From the IMG/VR virus record IMGVR_UViG_3300045988_058170, positions 1-33,259 of that record: a stretch of 33,259 nucleotides of DNA; one strand, 5' to 3'. This DNA comes from a virus. Shown here piece by piece: positions 22,856-31,263 of the stretch (positions are counted from its first letter, which is position 1; every line of letters begins with the position of its first letter). A program made the translations under genes and the position numbers. Below the pieces are notes generated by a model that had not been told where the DNA came from, searched no databases, and saw only the letters and a list, made by a program, of their open reading frames with translations.

Positions 22856-23201
22856 GCTCTCCACTCCCTACACTGCCATCCTCCGGTTATGCCGGAGTAT
22901 ACGGCATTGGTGTTGCCGAGCATGATGATGTGACCGTCCGGCTTCACGAAATTGCACCAGTTGGCGTTGACGGAACCTATGGTACCGTAGGAGATGGCGG
23001 CAGGGTTGTCTCCGTAGGGTCGCCATCCGACTGGAATGCTTTCGTTCGCCGTAGCATGGTTCTGCTGGTTCGACGCAGCGTAATGTACGCTGCCGGATAC
23101 GATGACCGTATCCCATTCGCGGGAAAGCTGCGCCTTATCGGTGGTGAACGGTATGCTGACGCCGATGGTGTCTCTCGTCTTGGCCCACTTGCCGCTTGGA
23201 G
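22521..23201. mobile_element. Putative invertible DNA segment (681 bp) between IR-L and IR-R
   Basis: It is bounded by the 25-bp perfect inverted repeats and contains two convergent C-terminal coding cassettes, an architecture like the Mu G / P1 C segments or shufflons. Confidence 0.6.
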
Positions 23202-23817
23202 TTCTGACATAATCGCAATTATCGGCCACATTATGCAACAGCGTTCCATCTGGCACCGTGGTCAGAGCGTCACGCTGCGCGGAAGTTTGCACACGCAGCA
23301 TGTCACCCTTCAACGCGGCACCGATATACGTCTGCGTGATGACCACGCCGCCAGCGGCAGTATTCGACACGCCAGCCGGAAGCAACACCTGCGCCAAAGC
23401 CAAAGCGCCATCCGGAACGTCAGGAGCCACAGGCGTTGCGGCGGCCACACCCTTCACAACGCCGAAAATCGGATTGTCCGAACTGTCCGACATTGGGGAG
23501 CGCGTCTCGTTCTGCTTCACATACACCACGTCGATACGCGAATTAGCGGACGGGGCTGCGGACAATGGCACGTTCGCATTGCCATCATTCTGTAACAACA
23601 ACGCGCCGTAACGGTTCAACACCGCATTGAACGGGTGCACCGTCACGCTCATGGAATTGCTGTTGCCCGTCACAAGATTGTCCTGCGAACGGTCAAGAAT
23701 GCCCGGGATGGGCATCATCGTCGTATTGTCGCAGACGAAAAGCCCGCTCATGTCGCGGCGCGCATCCAAAAACGACGCCTTGCCGGACACTGCGAACAGA
23801 CTATTTCTCAACGCCAT
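22852..23817 (-). CDS. Receptor-binding / distal tail protein (321 aa): constant N-terminus plus exchangeable C-terminus
   Basis: ATG 23817 with a GGAAGGAAAG SD. IR-R lies in frame (VADNCDYVRT) after 197 codons. The current C-terminal cassette is 116 aa. Confidence 0.7.
   Translation of the reverse strand: MALRNSLFAVSGKASFLDARRDMSGLFVCDNTTMMPIPGILDRSQDNLVTGNSNSMSVTVHPFNAVLNRYGALLLQNDGNANVPLSAAPSANSRIDVVYVKQNETRSPMSDSSDNPIFGVVKGVAAATPVAPDVPDGALALAQVLLPAGVSNTAAGGVVITQTYIGAALKGDMLRVQTSAQRDALTTVPDGTLLHNVADNCDYVRTPSGKWAKTRDTIGVSIPFTTDKAQLSREWDTVIVSGSVHYAASNQQNHATANESIPVGWRPYGDNPAAISYGTIGSVNANWCNFVKPDGHIIMLGNTNAVYSGITGGWQCREWRA
23202..23226. repeat. IR-R: 25-bp perfect inverted repeat partner of 22496-22520
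   Basis: ttctgacataatcgcaattatcggc, read directly. Confidence 0.97.
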
Positions 23818-24559
23818 TATCAATCTTTCCTTCCAACGCTTTCAAACGTTCCTCAAGCCGGTCGATACGGTCATGGGCGAGATGGGCCTCATGTATGGCC
23901 CACACGCCCAGCATCGGATAGTTGATGCCGCACGGCTCATAATCGTCATTATACTCGACGAACTGCCCCAAACCGTTATCGTCCAGTTCTTCGGCAATCA
24001 TGCCCAAATGGACCGTCGCACTGTCCCCGTTCAGATTCACGTCATCGATGTAACGGTAGAGCGTCCAATCCACGGCACGCATCTGCTCCAACGTGATTTC
24101 CGGCATAATGAAATCCTGCTTCACCTTGCGGCTGGACTGGGCGGTACCCAGCGTACCGTCGGACAATGCCCATACGGCACGCCACGAGCCGGTTGAAAAC
24201 AGGTTATTGAACGCGTTCGTCGTATTCGTGCCGCCACGTCCCGGAGGCAATACACCCCAATTCCAAGCATTGCACTTCTGGTCGATGGTCGCACGGTCAT
24301 ACGAATTGCGGTTGATGGACGACGTTACGGTCTGGTCGATGTTTTCGCTGATATCCAATACTCGCTGAATCGCCTGAGTCAACTGCGAGCCGGACGGCTT
24401 TTCCAATTCGCGCAGGCGTCGGCCATACTCGTTCAACGTGCTTACGAGCTTGTTGGTCGCCTGAGCCGGATTCTTCACGTCAAGAACGTTTTCCTCCGCA
24501 TCATCGACCAATGGCGCGCCATCCGCCTGCTCGCCTTGATGCACTACGATTTCCATCAT
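23801..24559 (-). CDS. Tail fibre/spike protein with a C-terminal intramolecular-chaperone (peptidase S74-like) autoproteolytic domain
   Basis: ...LGTAQSSRKVKQDFIMPE... resembles the S-x-R-x-K cleavage motif, followed by MRAVDWTLYRY...HLGMIAEEL...INYPMLGVWAIHEAH and a coiled coil. Start is ATG 24559 (ATGA overlap). Confidence 0.6.
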   Translation of the reverse strand: MMEIVVHQGEQADGAPLVDDAEENVLDVKNPAQATNKLVSTLNEYGRRLRELEKPSGSQLTQAIQRVLDISENIDQTVTSSINRNSYDRATIDQKCNAWNWGVLPPGRGGTNTTNAFNNLFSTGSWRAVWALSDGTLGTAQSSRKVKQDFIMPEITLEQMRAVDWTLYRYIDDVNLNGDSATVHLGMIAEELDDNGLGQFVEYNDDYEPCGINYPMLGVWAIHEAHLAHDRIDRLEERLKALEGKIDNGVEK

Positions 24560-25737
24560 TCCACCGTCACTTTCACACCGTCGAACACGTCTCCCAACGT
24601 GAACGTAATCCAATTCGAGCTTTCATCGGCTTTGATGCCGGTGATGCGCCTCGTATGCGCGCCATCCGTATAATACCAGTCGCCCTTCGTCGTGAACCTG
24701 ATATAATCGCCGACCGTATAGTTGGCGAGCGTCTGGTTCACGGAATGCAAATATCCACGATGCACTTTCGCCTCCGTTGACGATACGGGTTGCCAGTAGA
24801 CCGCTGCGGCCTCGTTCGCATACGCCTGCAACGTGTTTTGCAGTTTCACGGTCGAATGGCTGGAATCCACGCTCTCCCAGATTGGCGCTCCAGCCTTATC
24901 CAGAATATCCGTATATGCGGATACTACGAGCGTCTTGTCATCCGACTTTCCGGACGTGAACCATTGCAGTGAGGCGAGCTTGTCGCCATCATCCGTGGCG
25001 GACAGTGATGCGATGCCCGGCTGCATGGCTGACGCGCTGAAATAGTGCGTTTCCCCACCCAACAATGGGTGGCCGGTCTTCATATGCCACTCATAGCCCA
25101 ATCCGTCAGCCGTGCGCGTTGGGAAGAATCCGATATCGCAGCCGTTCTGATAGTTCGTGATGTTCGTCAGCACTTCGCCCACATAGTTGAGGTCTACGGC
25201 CTGATAGTTCGCTTCCGACGTGCCTACCTCCGCAGCCTCCAACACGACGGGCACATTGCTGTTTGGCCAGCTCATGGCCTGTTCGACGAGATTGCGTGCG
25301 ACCGTGTTCCATGTGACATTCCTGTACGACGTGTCGTATTGAGTGTCAGGCGAACCATCCGACTTGATGAGGCTTTTCCCTTTCGCTTTCGCCGGTAGAA
25401 TCGTCCTATGGTCAAAATACGTCCACATGCCCGACGCAACCAGTGTGAGGATGCCCGTGTCGGCGTCATATTCGCGGCGCATGAGCACGCCGCCGACCAT
25501 AAGCCCATCATCTTCGGCAACCATGACGGTTTTGCCGATGGCCGCAGTGTTCCTTAAATCCAACAACCGCGCATCGTTTGCGATGTATTGGACGCGCGTA
25601 TCGTCGGACGAAGCATAGATTGGCACTTTGACGGTCAGCGAATCCGTGTCGTTCAGTTTCATCTCCCATTCCGCCGACGTGTGCGGCAGGGGGATGATGC
25701 GGCGTCCGGTCAGTAGGTCTGCAAGATAGATTTTCAC
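24556..25737 (-). CDS. Tail-associated (Tal / baseplate hub, gp27-like N-domain) protein
   Basis: Position after Dit. Start is GTG 25737 (GTGA overlap, GGAGG 7 nt upstream). Sequence KIYLADLLTGRRI..PLP.TSAEWEMKLNDTDSLTVKVP. Confidence 0.6.
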   Translation of the reverse strand: MKIYLADLLTGRRIIPLPHTSAEWEMKLNDTDSLTVKVPIYASSDDTRVQYIANDARLLDLRNTAAIGKTVMVAEDDGLMVGGVLMRREYDADTGILTLVASGMWTYFDHRTILPAKAKGKSLIKSDGSPDTQYDTSYRNVTWNTVARNLVEQAMSWPNSNVPVVLEAAEVGTSEANYQAVDLNYVGEVLTNITNYQNGCDIGFFPTRTADGLGYEWHMKTGHPLLGGETHYFSASAMQPGIASLSATDDGDKLASLQWFTSGKSDDKTLVVSAYTDILDKAGAPIWESVDSSHSTVKLQNTLQAYANEAAAVYWQPVSSTEAKVHRGYLHSVNQTLANYTVGDYIRFTTKGDWYYTDGAHTRRITGIKADESSNWITFTLGDVFDGVKVTVE

Positions 25738-26567
25738 CGCCAAGCCTCCTTCCATTCGACCGTCATCGATGGCGTGCCCGACTGCACGCCCAACGGGGTG
25801 AACTGTATCGTCGCATCGCCGGAAGGACGGAACCAGTTCTCCTCGGTGAGGAACATGCTCAAATCCGACTGGTTTTGGAACAGGACGCGCTCATCGTCGA
25901 AGTCGAACACCATCGTCTCGTCCGGGTTGATTTGACGGTGGAATTCGATGGCTTCGCCGGTTTCGATGCAGTGGATGCGCACGCCTTCCGACAATCCGCC
26001 ACGGATTTTCACGACAAGATGCGTTGGCGCGAAACCGCTGCCGGTGATGGCGACACGTCCCGGATTGCCTACCTCGCCTTCCGACAACGGGTCAAGCAAC
26101 GGGTCGGTAATGCCCTCGCCGTCTGTAGGCACGCCGACCGTCTGCGAGCGCAACGGCCCATACAGGTAGGGGGACGGGGCTAGCAGGCCAATCTGGAATG
26201 CGGCCTTGCCGCGATACCGGTATTCGTCCACGGTCATCGACCTGAGTTCCGCGTCACAGGACAATGCGACGCCAGCACCCTTCTGCACGGTGACGGTGAC
26301 CAAGCGTCCGGCCATGCCGCGCAGACGGCGCATCATATCATCCGTATCCTCGACCGTACTGGTCGCATAGTAGCCGTTGACGGTGATGGTGCGCCCATCA
26401 TAGTATGTGGTGCCGGGAATGGCGTTGCCGTCAGCCCTAGCCCAAGAATCCTGTTCGGTCTTGGCTGACGGCAAATCGTCGAAACCGCTCATGGACACCA
26501 ATGTGAACTCGTGTCCGGCATCGCCGTAAAGCGTGATGTCACCCACGGTGACGGTTATCGTGCTCAA
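25734..26567 (-). CDS. Distal tail protein (Dit, siphovirus tail component)
   Basis: Sits immediately after the tape measure (ATGA overlap). 277 aa. Confidence 0.6.
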   Translation of the reverse strand: MSTITVTVGDITLYGDAGHEFTLVSMSGFDDLPSAKTEQDSWARADGNAIPGTTYYDGRTITVNGYYATSTVEDTDDMMRRLRGMAGRLVTVTVQKGAGVALSCDAELRSMTVDEYRYRGKAAFQIGLLAPSPYLYGPLRSQTVGVPTDGEGITDPLLDPLSEGEVGNPGRVAITGSGFAPTHLVVKIRGGLSEGVRIHCIETGEAIEFHRQINPDETMVFDFDDERVLFQNQSDLSMFLTEENWFRPSGDATIQFTPLGVQSGTPSMTVEWKEAWR

Positions 26568-29500
26568 GGTCTGACACTTCCAATCATCTCATTGTTCAAA
26601 GCGTATCCGAATCGTCGGGCCACCAGTTCCACGTCGCTCAACGGGCTTGCCACCACATTGTCGATGTGGACGCCGCCAGCATACCGCTGGTCGCTAGCCG
26701 ACACCATTCCAGTATAGTCTTTAAGCTGCGGAGCAGACACCATGCCGAGATTGGCGGCGTCAATCTGGTCGAAATCCAAGGAGCTGAGCACATCATCGAC
26801 CTGACCGCGCACGAACGCGCCCTGAGCGCCGATGGCCTTGCCGAAGTCGCGCATAAGATGCTCGCCCGACACAGACGTGTAGCCGGAACCGGAGAACGGG
26901 CCGACCTTAGCGGGAGAGAACGGGAAGAAGTCTCGAACCTTCTGCAACGCGCCCTTCACCGCGCTTTTCACGTTTTCGACCGCACCGAGAATGCCATCCT
27001 TGAAACCGTTCATCAACGCCGCGCCGGAGTTCAGCAGCCATGAGCCGGCTCCGGAGAACAATCCCATGATGCGGCTTGGAATGTCGCTGATTTGGCTGAG
27101 AATCCTACCTCCCAATCCGGCGAACGCGCGTGCGATGTTCGCGATAATCGCAGGAATCGCGCTCACGACGGCCATGAAGATGCTTGGGAAGTTCGCCGCA
27201 ATACTGGTCACCACGCTGACGAAAGCATTCAACAGCATGGGTAGTCCGTTGATAATGCCGGTCACCAAGCCGCCGATGATGGCGGGCAGCTGGTTGATGA
27301 TGGCGACGGCGATGCCCGGCAATGCTGCGGCCAATGAGGTTATCACGCTGGTGATGGCAGACATCAACGCGGGAATCAGCGTAGGCAATGCGGTGGCGAT
27401 GCTCTGTCCGATGGATGGGAGCGCGGCAACTACGGTGGCACCTAACGTTTGGATGCCAGAAGCCAAGGATGCGCCGAACCCGCTGATAAAACCGGCGATT
27501 GCGCCGCTATTGTCTCCGATTGCGGAGAACGCGACCTGAATGCCTGTTATCAACGCCTGACCGAGCGAGGTCATGAGCGACGGAATCTGTCCAGCCATCG
27601 TGGCGAACAGCGTGCCGAACGTTTCCAACATCGGCTGACCATACGTGCTGATGAACGCGGGCAGCTGTGCGAACATGCTGGAGAACGCCTGCGTGATTTG
27701 CGGCAGTATTGCGGTCAACGCCGGTCCGAGCGTCTGTCCAACGCTCACGAGTGCGTTGGCGATGCCGGGAAGCGCCGTGGTAACGCTGGAAACCATCTGC
27801 GGGAGGGCTGCGGCGAACGCGCTCGCCATGGCCGGCAGTTTCGTCTGCACGCCTTCCAACGCATTGTCAAGACTCGACTGCCATTCCTCGAACTTGCCGG
27901 CCATCTGGCTCGGGTCGAGCTTGAACAATGTCTGAAATCCGGTGGTCAGGCCGGTGAACAATGCGCCGGTCACACCCAAGGATGAGGCGATGCTGCCAAT
28001 CTTGCCGATTGCCGCGCCACATCCTCTCACTGCCGCGCCGAATCCCTTCAACGCGCCGGAAGACACTTTCAACGCCGCGGAGCCGATGGCCGAGAATGCC
28101 ACCTTTCCAGCGGACGCCAGCGGGGCGAACCGTCCGATAAGACGGGTTACGGCACCACCCAACGTGGCTGACAATCCTGCACCGACCGTCTTCGCGGCGG
28201 ATGTCAACGGGGTGAACGGATTCTGTCCCTTGAACGAGCCGAAAATCTTTTCCGGAATACCACGGAACGGAATCGACAACGTGGACGCCGCTTCCGACCC
28301 GAACGATCTGAGCCCGCCCTTGACTGAGGAGAGCCCGTTGCTTACCGCCGACCCGAGCTTGGACATGGTGCTGCCGATGCCGGTCGAATCCAGCATTTCA
28401 CTGAACGCGGTTTTAAATTCAGCCGCCTTGCCCTTCACGTTCTCGACCATGGTGAGCACGCCGGACTCCACGTCGGCTCGAAGGACTTCCATCTTCGTCT
28501 TGGCCGCTGCGGACGCGCTGGAGAAGATTTCGGTGAAAATCTCCTTGACCGGTGCCCACTGCTGTGCGGTGTTGGCTGCATAGTTGGACAATCCGGCCTT
28601 CAGATTGCCGAACGTCTGCATGATGCTGTCGGACGCGGACACAGCCGAGCCGACCAATGGGAGGAACACGTTCGGAATGTTGAGGCCGGTAAGCTCATTG
28701 AATTCGCGGCCAACCTGCACGAGCTTGTCACGGTAAATGTCGGCGCTCTGTCCGGCAGTGTCCAGCGAATGGTAGATATCCGAATCCACTACGATGGTGT
28801 CGGCGGCGGCGCGAATGTCACGGAACGCTTGGATGAGGGTTGGAGCCTTCTTTCGTGCGGCGACATCCACTTCGGTGCTGAGGGTTTCGAACGCCTTGAG
28901 GAACGTTTCTGGAAGCGCGTCAACGTCGGGACCCATCATGTTCAAGCCGTTTTGGAGCAGCTTCACATTGTCGGACACGTTGCCGACGCCGTTCCACAGG
29001 TTCACCGCGGCCTGTTCGACGAGGCCGAAGCCTTCCGCGCCCTTCTGCCCGAAGCTGAACGCGCATGAACCCAAGTCTTCGAACGCGACATTGAATTTGC
29101 CGAGCGCGTTCTGCACCCTCGTCGATTCAGCTAATGTTTTCGACATTGCGTCGGCCATGGATGCGAGCTTGTCGATTGCCGCGGACGATGCGGACACTGC
29201 CGCGCCGAACACGCTGGTGAAGCTGGAGCCGAGTTTGATGAGCGTGTTCTTTACGCCGACCAGTGCGGTACCGATGAACGGGATACGGGAGGCGAACCGG
29301 TCGTTCGTGGCGACCATGAGTGAGAATACGGTGGTGCCAATGACACCTACCGTGTTCAGAATGTCACCCAAGGAGGTTAGGAGGTTGGCGTTCTGCGAGT
29401 TCGCGCTGATAAGGTTCGTCAACGGGGCGAGGAACTGTTCGACCTGCTGTGCGTTGAATGCCTTGTTGACGGCCGGTGCCAGCTGGTTAATGAACGTTGC

Positions 29501-30583
29501 GGCCAGTGTGGAGGCCGCGTTCGTCAATGGTACGAATCCTGCGAGCATTTCGCCGAACGTGTCCACCATGCCCGAATTGGAGATGGCGGCCAGCGTCTTG
29601 CCGATGTTGGCCGACAATGCGGTGGCCGCTTCCGCAGACCTTACGCCGACCGTGTTTTTGATGCTGTTCCATGCGCGGTCCGCCGTGACGGGCATGGTGG
29701 AGAACTGCTTTTCGATGGCGACTGCGTTTTCCAGTACCGTATCGTACAGGTCTTGGCCGCTGATTTCGCCTTCCTTGCCGAGCTGTTTCAGTTCGCCTAC
29801 GGAAACGTTGAGATGCTTGGCGAGCATTCGTGCGATTTGCGGCGCGTTCTCCATGATGGAGTTCAACTCGTCGCCGTTGACGATACCCTTGCCCAAAGCT
29901 TGAGTAATCTGACGCATGGCGCTGGACGCTTCCTGCGTGGACGCGCCCGTGCTGACCATGTTCATGTCGAGCAGTTTCGTGAACTTCGCGGCATCGCTGT
30001 AGTTGGTTACGACTTCCGGTGCGAGCGTGCGCAGTCGTGCGGCGGACTGGATGAAATCGTCTGTGGTGACGCCGACCTTGTTCGCATATTCCAGCGACGC
30101 CTCAAGAGAGTCCTTATAGTCCCCAGAGGTGCCTACCGCGTTTTTCAGCATGGCGGTGGTCTGCCCCCACTGGTTGCCCATCTCGACAATGTTGGACGTG
30201 ACGTTTTTGACGGCCTTGCCAACCGATACGACTGCGGCGATGGCTGCTGCGGCGTTCAAATACTTGTTGAGGTCGAGGTTCGCGAAGCTGTTTCCGAAAG
30301 CGTTGGCCGAACGCTGCCCACCAGCAGTGAAGGAGGCGAACACGCTGTTGAGCGCGCCTTTCACGCCTCCTTGCAGGTTGAGGTTCTTGTTGAACGAGCC
30401 GGAGAAAAGTTTCGACATGCCCAAGCCGTTCGACGTGAAGAGGCGGCTTGTGCCTGACGCCAGTTTAGGTTGGATGGCGGGGGTGAGCACCGCGCCCTTG
30501 CTTGCCTTGACAAGTGCGGACTGCAAGCCTTCCAACGATGGGAGTACCTGAATCCATGCGGTCGCAATGCTACCCTTTGCCAT
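26564..30583 (-). CDS. Tape measure protein (1339 aa)
   Basis: Largest ORF, directly after G/GT. Ala/Gly/Ser-rich helical repeats and hydrophobic glycine-zipper stretches. No lytic domain recognised. Confidence 0.9.
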   Translation of the reverse strand: MAKGSIATAWIQVLPSLEGLQSALVKASKGAVLTPAIQPKLASGTSRLFTSNGLGMSKLFSGSFNKNLNLQGGVKGALNSVFASFTAGGQRSANAFGNSFANLDLNKYLNAAAAIAAVVSVGKAVKNVTSNIVEMGNQWGQTTAMLKNAVGTSGDYKDSLEASLEYANKVGVTTDDFIQSAARLRTLAPEVVTNYSDAAKFTKLLDMNMVSTGASTQEASSAMRQITQALGKGIVNGDELNSIMENAPQIARMLAKHLNVSVGELKQLGKEGEISGQDLYDTVLENAVAIEKQFSTMPVTADRAWNSIKNTVGVRSAEAATALSANIGKTLAAISNSGMVDTFGEMLAGFVPLTNAASTLAATFINQLAPAVNKAFNAQQVEQFLAPLTNLISANSQNANLLTSLGDILNTVGVIGTTVFSLMVATNDRFASRIPFIGTALVGVKNTLIKLGSSFTSVFGAAVSASSAAIDKLASMADAMSKTLAESTRVQNALGKFNVAFEDLGSCAFSFGQKGAEGFGLVEQAAVNLWNGVGNVSDNVKLLQNGLNMMGPDVDALPETFLKAFETLSTEVDVAARKKAPTLIQAFRDIRAAADTIVVDSDIYHSLDTAGQSADIYRDKLVQVGREFNELTGLNIPNVFLPLVGSAVSASDSIMQTFGNLKAGLSNYAANTAQQWAPVKEIFTEIFSSASAAAKTKMEVLRADVESGVLTMVENVKGKAAEFKTAFSEMLDSTGIGSTMSKLGSAVSNGLSSVKGGLRSFGSEAASTLSIPFRGIPEKIFGSFKGQNPFTPLTSAAKTVGAGLSATLGGAVTRLIGRFAPLASAGKVAFSAIGSAALKVSSGALKGFGAAVRGCGAAIGKIGSIASSLGVTGALFTGLTTGFQTLFKLDPSQMAGKFEEWQSSLDNALEGVQTKLPAMASAFAAALPQMVSSVTTALPGIANALVSVGQTLGPALTAILPQITQAFSSMFAQLPAFISTYGQPMLETFGTLFATMAGQIPSLMTSLGQALITGIQVAFSAIGDNSGAIAGFISGFGASLASGIQTLGATVVAALPSIGQSIATALPTLIPALMSAITSVITSLAAALPGIAVAIINQLPAIIGGLVTGIINGLPMLLNAFVSVVTSIAANFPSIFMAVVSAIPAIIANIARAFAGLGGRILSQISDIPSRIMGLFSGAGSWLLNSGAALMNGFKDGILGAVENVKSAVKGALQKVRDFFPFSPAKVGPFSGSGYTSVSGEHLMRDFGKAIGAQGAFVRGQVDDVLSSLDFDQIDAANLGMVSAPQLKDYTGMVSASDQRYAGGVHIDNVVASPLSDVELVARRFGYALNNEMIGSVRP

Positions 30584-30595
30584 CTATTGTTCCTT

Positions 30596-30946
30596 TCAGT
30601 GAAGACCCAACGCCTTGTTGATGTCTTCAGTGTTCATCGAATCGAGTTCGTAATCCTCCTCCTTCTTCTTCTTCTGGTTTTCCGGCAACACGCTTTTCGG
30701 TTTCACCCCCTTGCCGGAATAGGGGGCGAGTGTCGACTGTTGGATGATGTCGAGCAGCCGGGCGGTAGCGCCGAACGTGCCTATGAGTTTCGCCCGTTCC
30801 AATATGGAGTATTGGCGTGGGCTACCGTATTGGCTTGCGAAATCGGCCAAGATTTGGCTGTCCCATTTGTCTGGGTTTATCGCATAGGTCAGTCTTTCGA
30901 CTGTAACTCCGTAATCGTCGGCAATTTTCCCGACAAGTACTCCCAT
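30596..30946 (-). CDS. Tail assembly chaperone, T part (expressed as a G-T fusion by -1 frameshift)
   Basis: Overlaps the G ORF by 58 nt in the -1 frame. The slippery site lies within the overlap. Confidence 0.8.
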   Translation of the reverse strand: MGVLVGKIADDYGVTVERLTYAINPDKWDSQILADFASQYGSPRQYSILERAKLIGTFGATARLLDIIQQSTLAPYSGKGVKPKSVLPENQKKKKEEDYELDSMNTEDINKALGLH

Positions 30947-31173
30947 GCGTCGATGATGTCATCGTCGAATGCGGCCATGACAGCCTCGTACTTGTCTTCC
31001 TTCAGGACGCCTTGCATGAGCTTGTCGATAAGCCACACGGTTTCCATGCCGTCTTCCACGCCTTCCGAATGGATGGCCTGCTGGAATTTGCGGTTGCGGA
31101 GGAGTTTCGCATAGGCGTCTGCCCATCCGTCGTTGAAGTCTTCGATGGTGATGGTTGGCTTGCGTTTTGCCAT
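30889..31173 (-). CDS. Tail assembly chaperone G (94 aa)
   Basis: Lies between the tail tube genes and the tape measure. GAAAGGAAA SD. Confidence 0.8.
   Translation of the reverse strand: MAKRKPTITIEDFNDGWADAYAKLLRNRKFQQAIHSEGVEDGMETVWLIDKLMQGVLKEDKYEAVMAAFDDDIIDAWEYLSGKLPTITELQSKD
30925..30931 (-). promoter_or_regulatory. -1 programmed frameshift heptamer G GGA AAA (G/GT)
   Basis: The zero frame reads TC[G GGA AAA] TTG. After the slip, GGG AAA ATT GCC matches the 116-aa ORF frame (VGKIADD). Confidence 0.8.
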
Positions 31174-31196
31174 TGGGTTTCCTTTCGTTGTCTGTC

Positions 31197-31225
31197 TATA
31201 TAAGAATACCCCACATGTCGGTCAA
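31197..31225 (-). promoter_or_regulatory. Candidate internal promoter ahead of G/GT and the tape measure
   Basis: Minus strand reads TTGACC (31225-31220), 17 nt, TATATA (31202-31197). It lies 24 nt upstream of ATG 31173. Confidence 0.4.
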
Positions 31226-31244
31226 GATTGAACGGCATGTGGGG
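31209..31244 (-). terminator. 9-bp hairpin after the CBM ORF (terminator-like)
   Basis: ccccacatg (31209-31217) pairs with catgtgggg (31236-31244). On the minus strand it is followed by UAUUCUUAUAUA. Confidence 0.5.
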
Positions 31245-31263
31245 CATGGTTCCTGCGTGGCTG

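Noticed and set aside
22493-22864. 123-aa minus-strand ORF (MESLTDIVGENG...)
   Set aside because: It is exactly antisense to the in-frame alternative RBP cassette and ends inside IR-L. The plus-strand reading looks like a beta-rich binding domain and explains the repeat geometry. I cannot fully exclude that both strands are coding.
22496-23226. Diversity-generating retroelement as the explanation for the variable RBP C-terminus
   Set aside because: No reverse transcriptase ORF and no template/variable repeat pair were recognised. The perfect inverted repeats point to site-specific inversion instead.
22651-23595. 314-aa plus-strand ORF
   Set aside because: It is antisense to the RBP gene and in a different frame from the alternative cassette. 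The translation is Arg-rich nonsense.
26666-30551. Many 100-370-aa plus-strand ORFs inside the tape-measure region
   Set aside because: All are antisense to the 1339-aa tape measure gene and low complexity.
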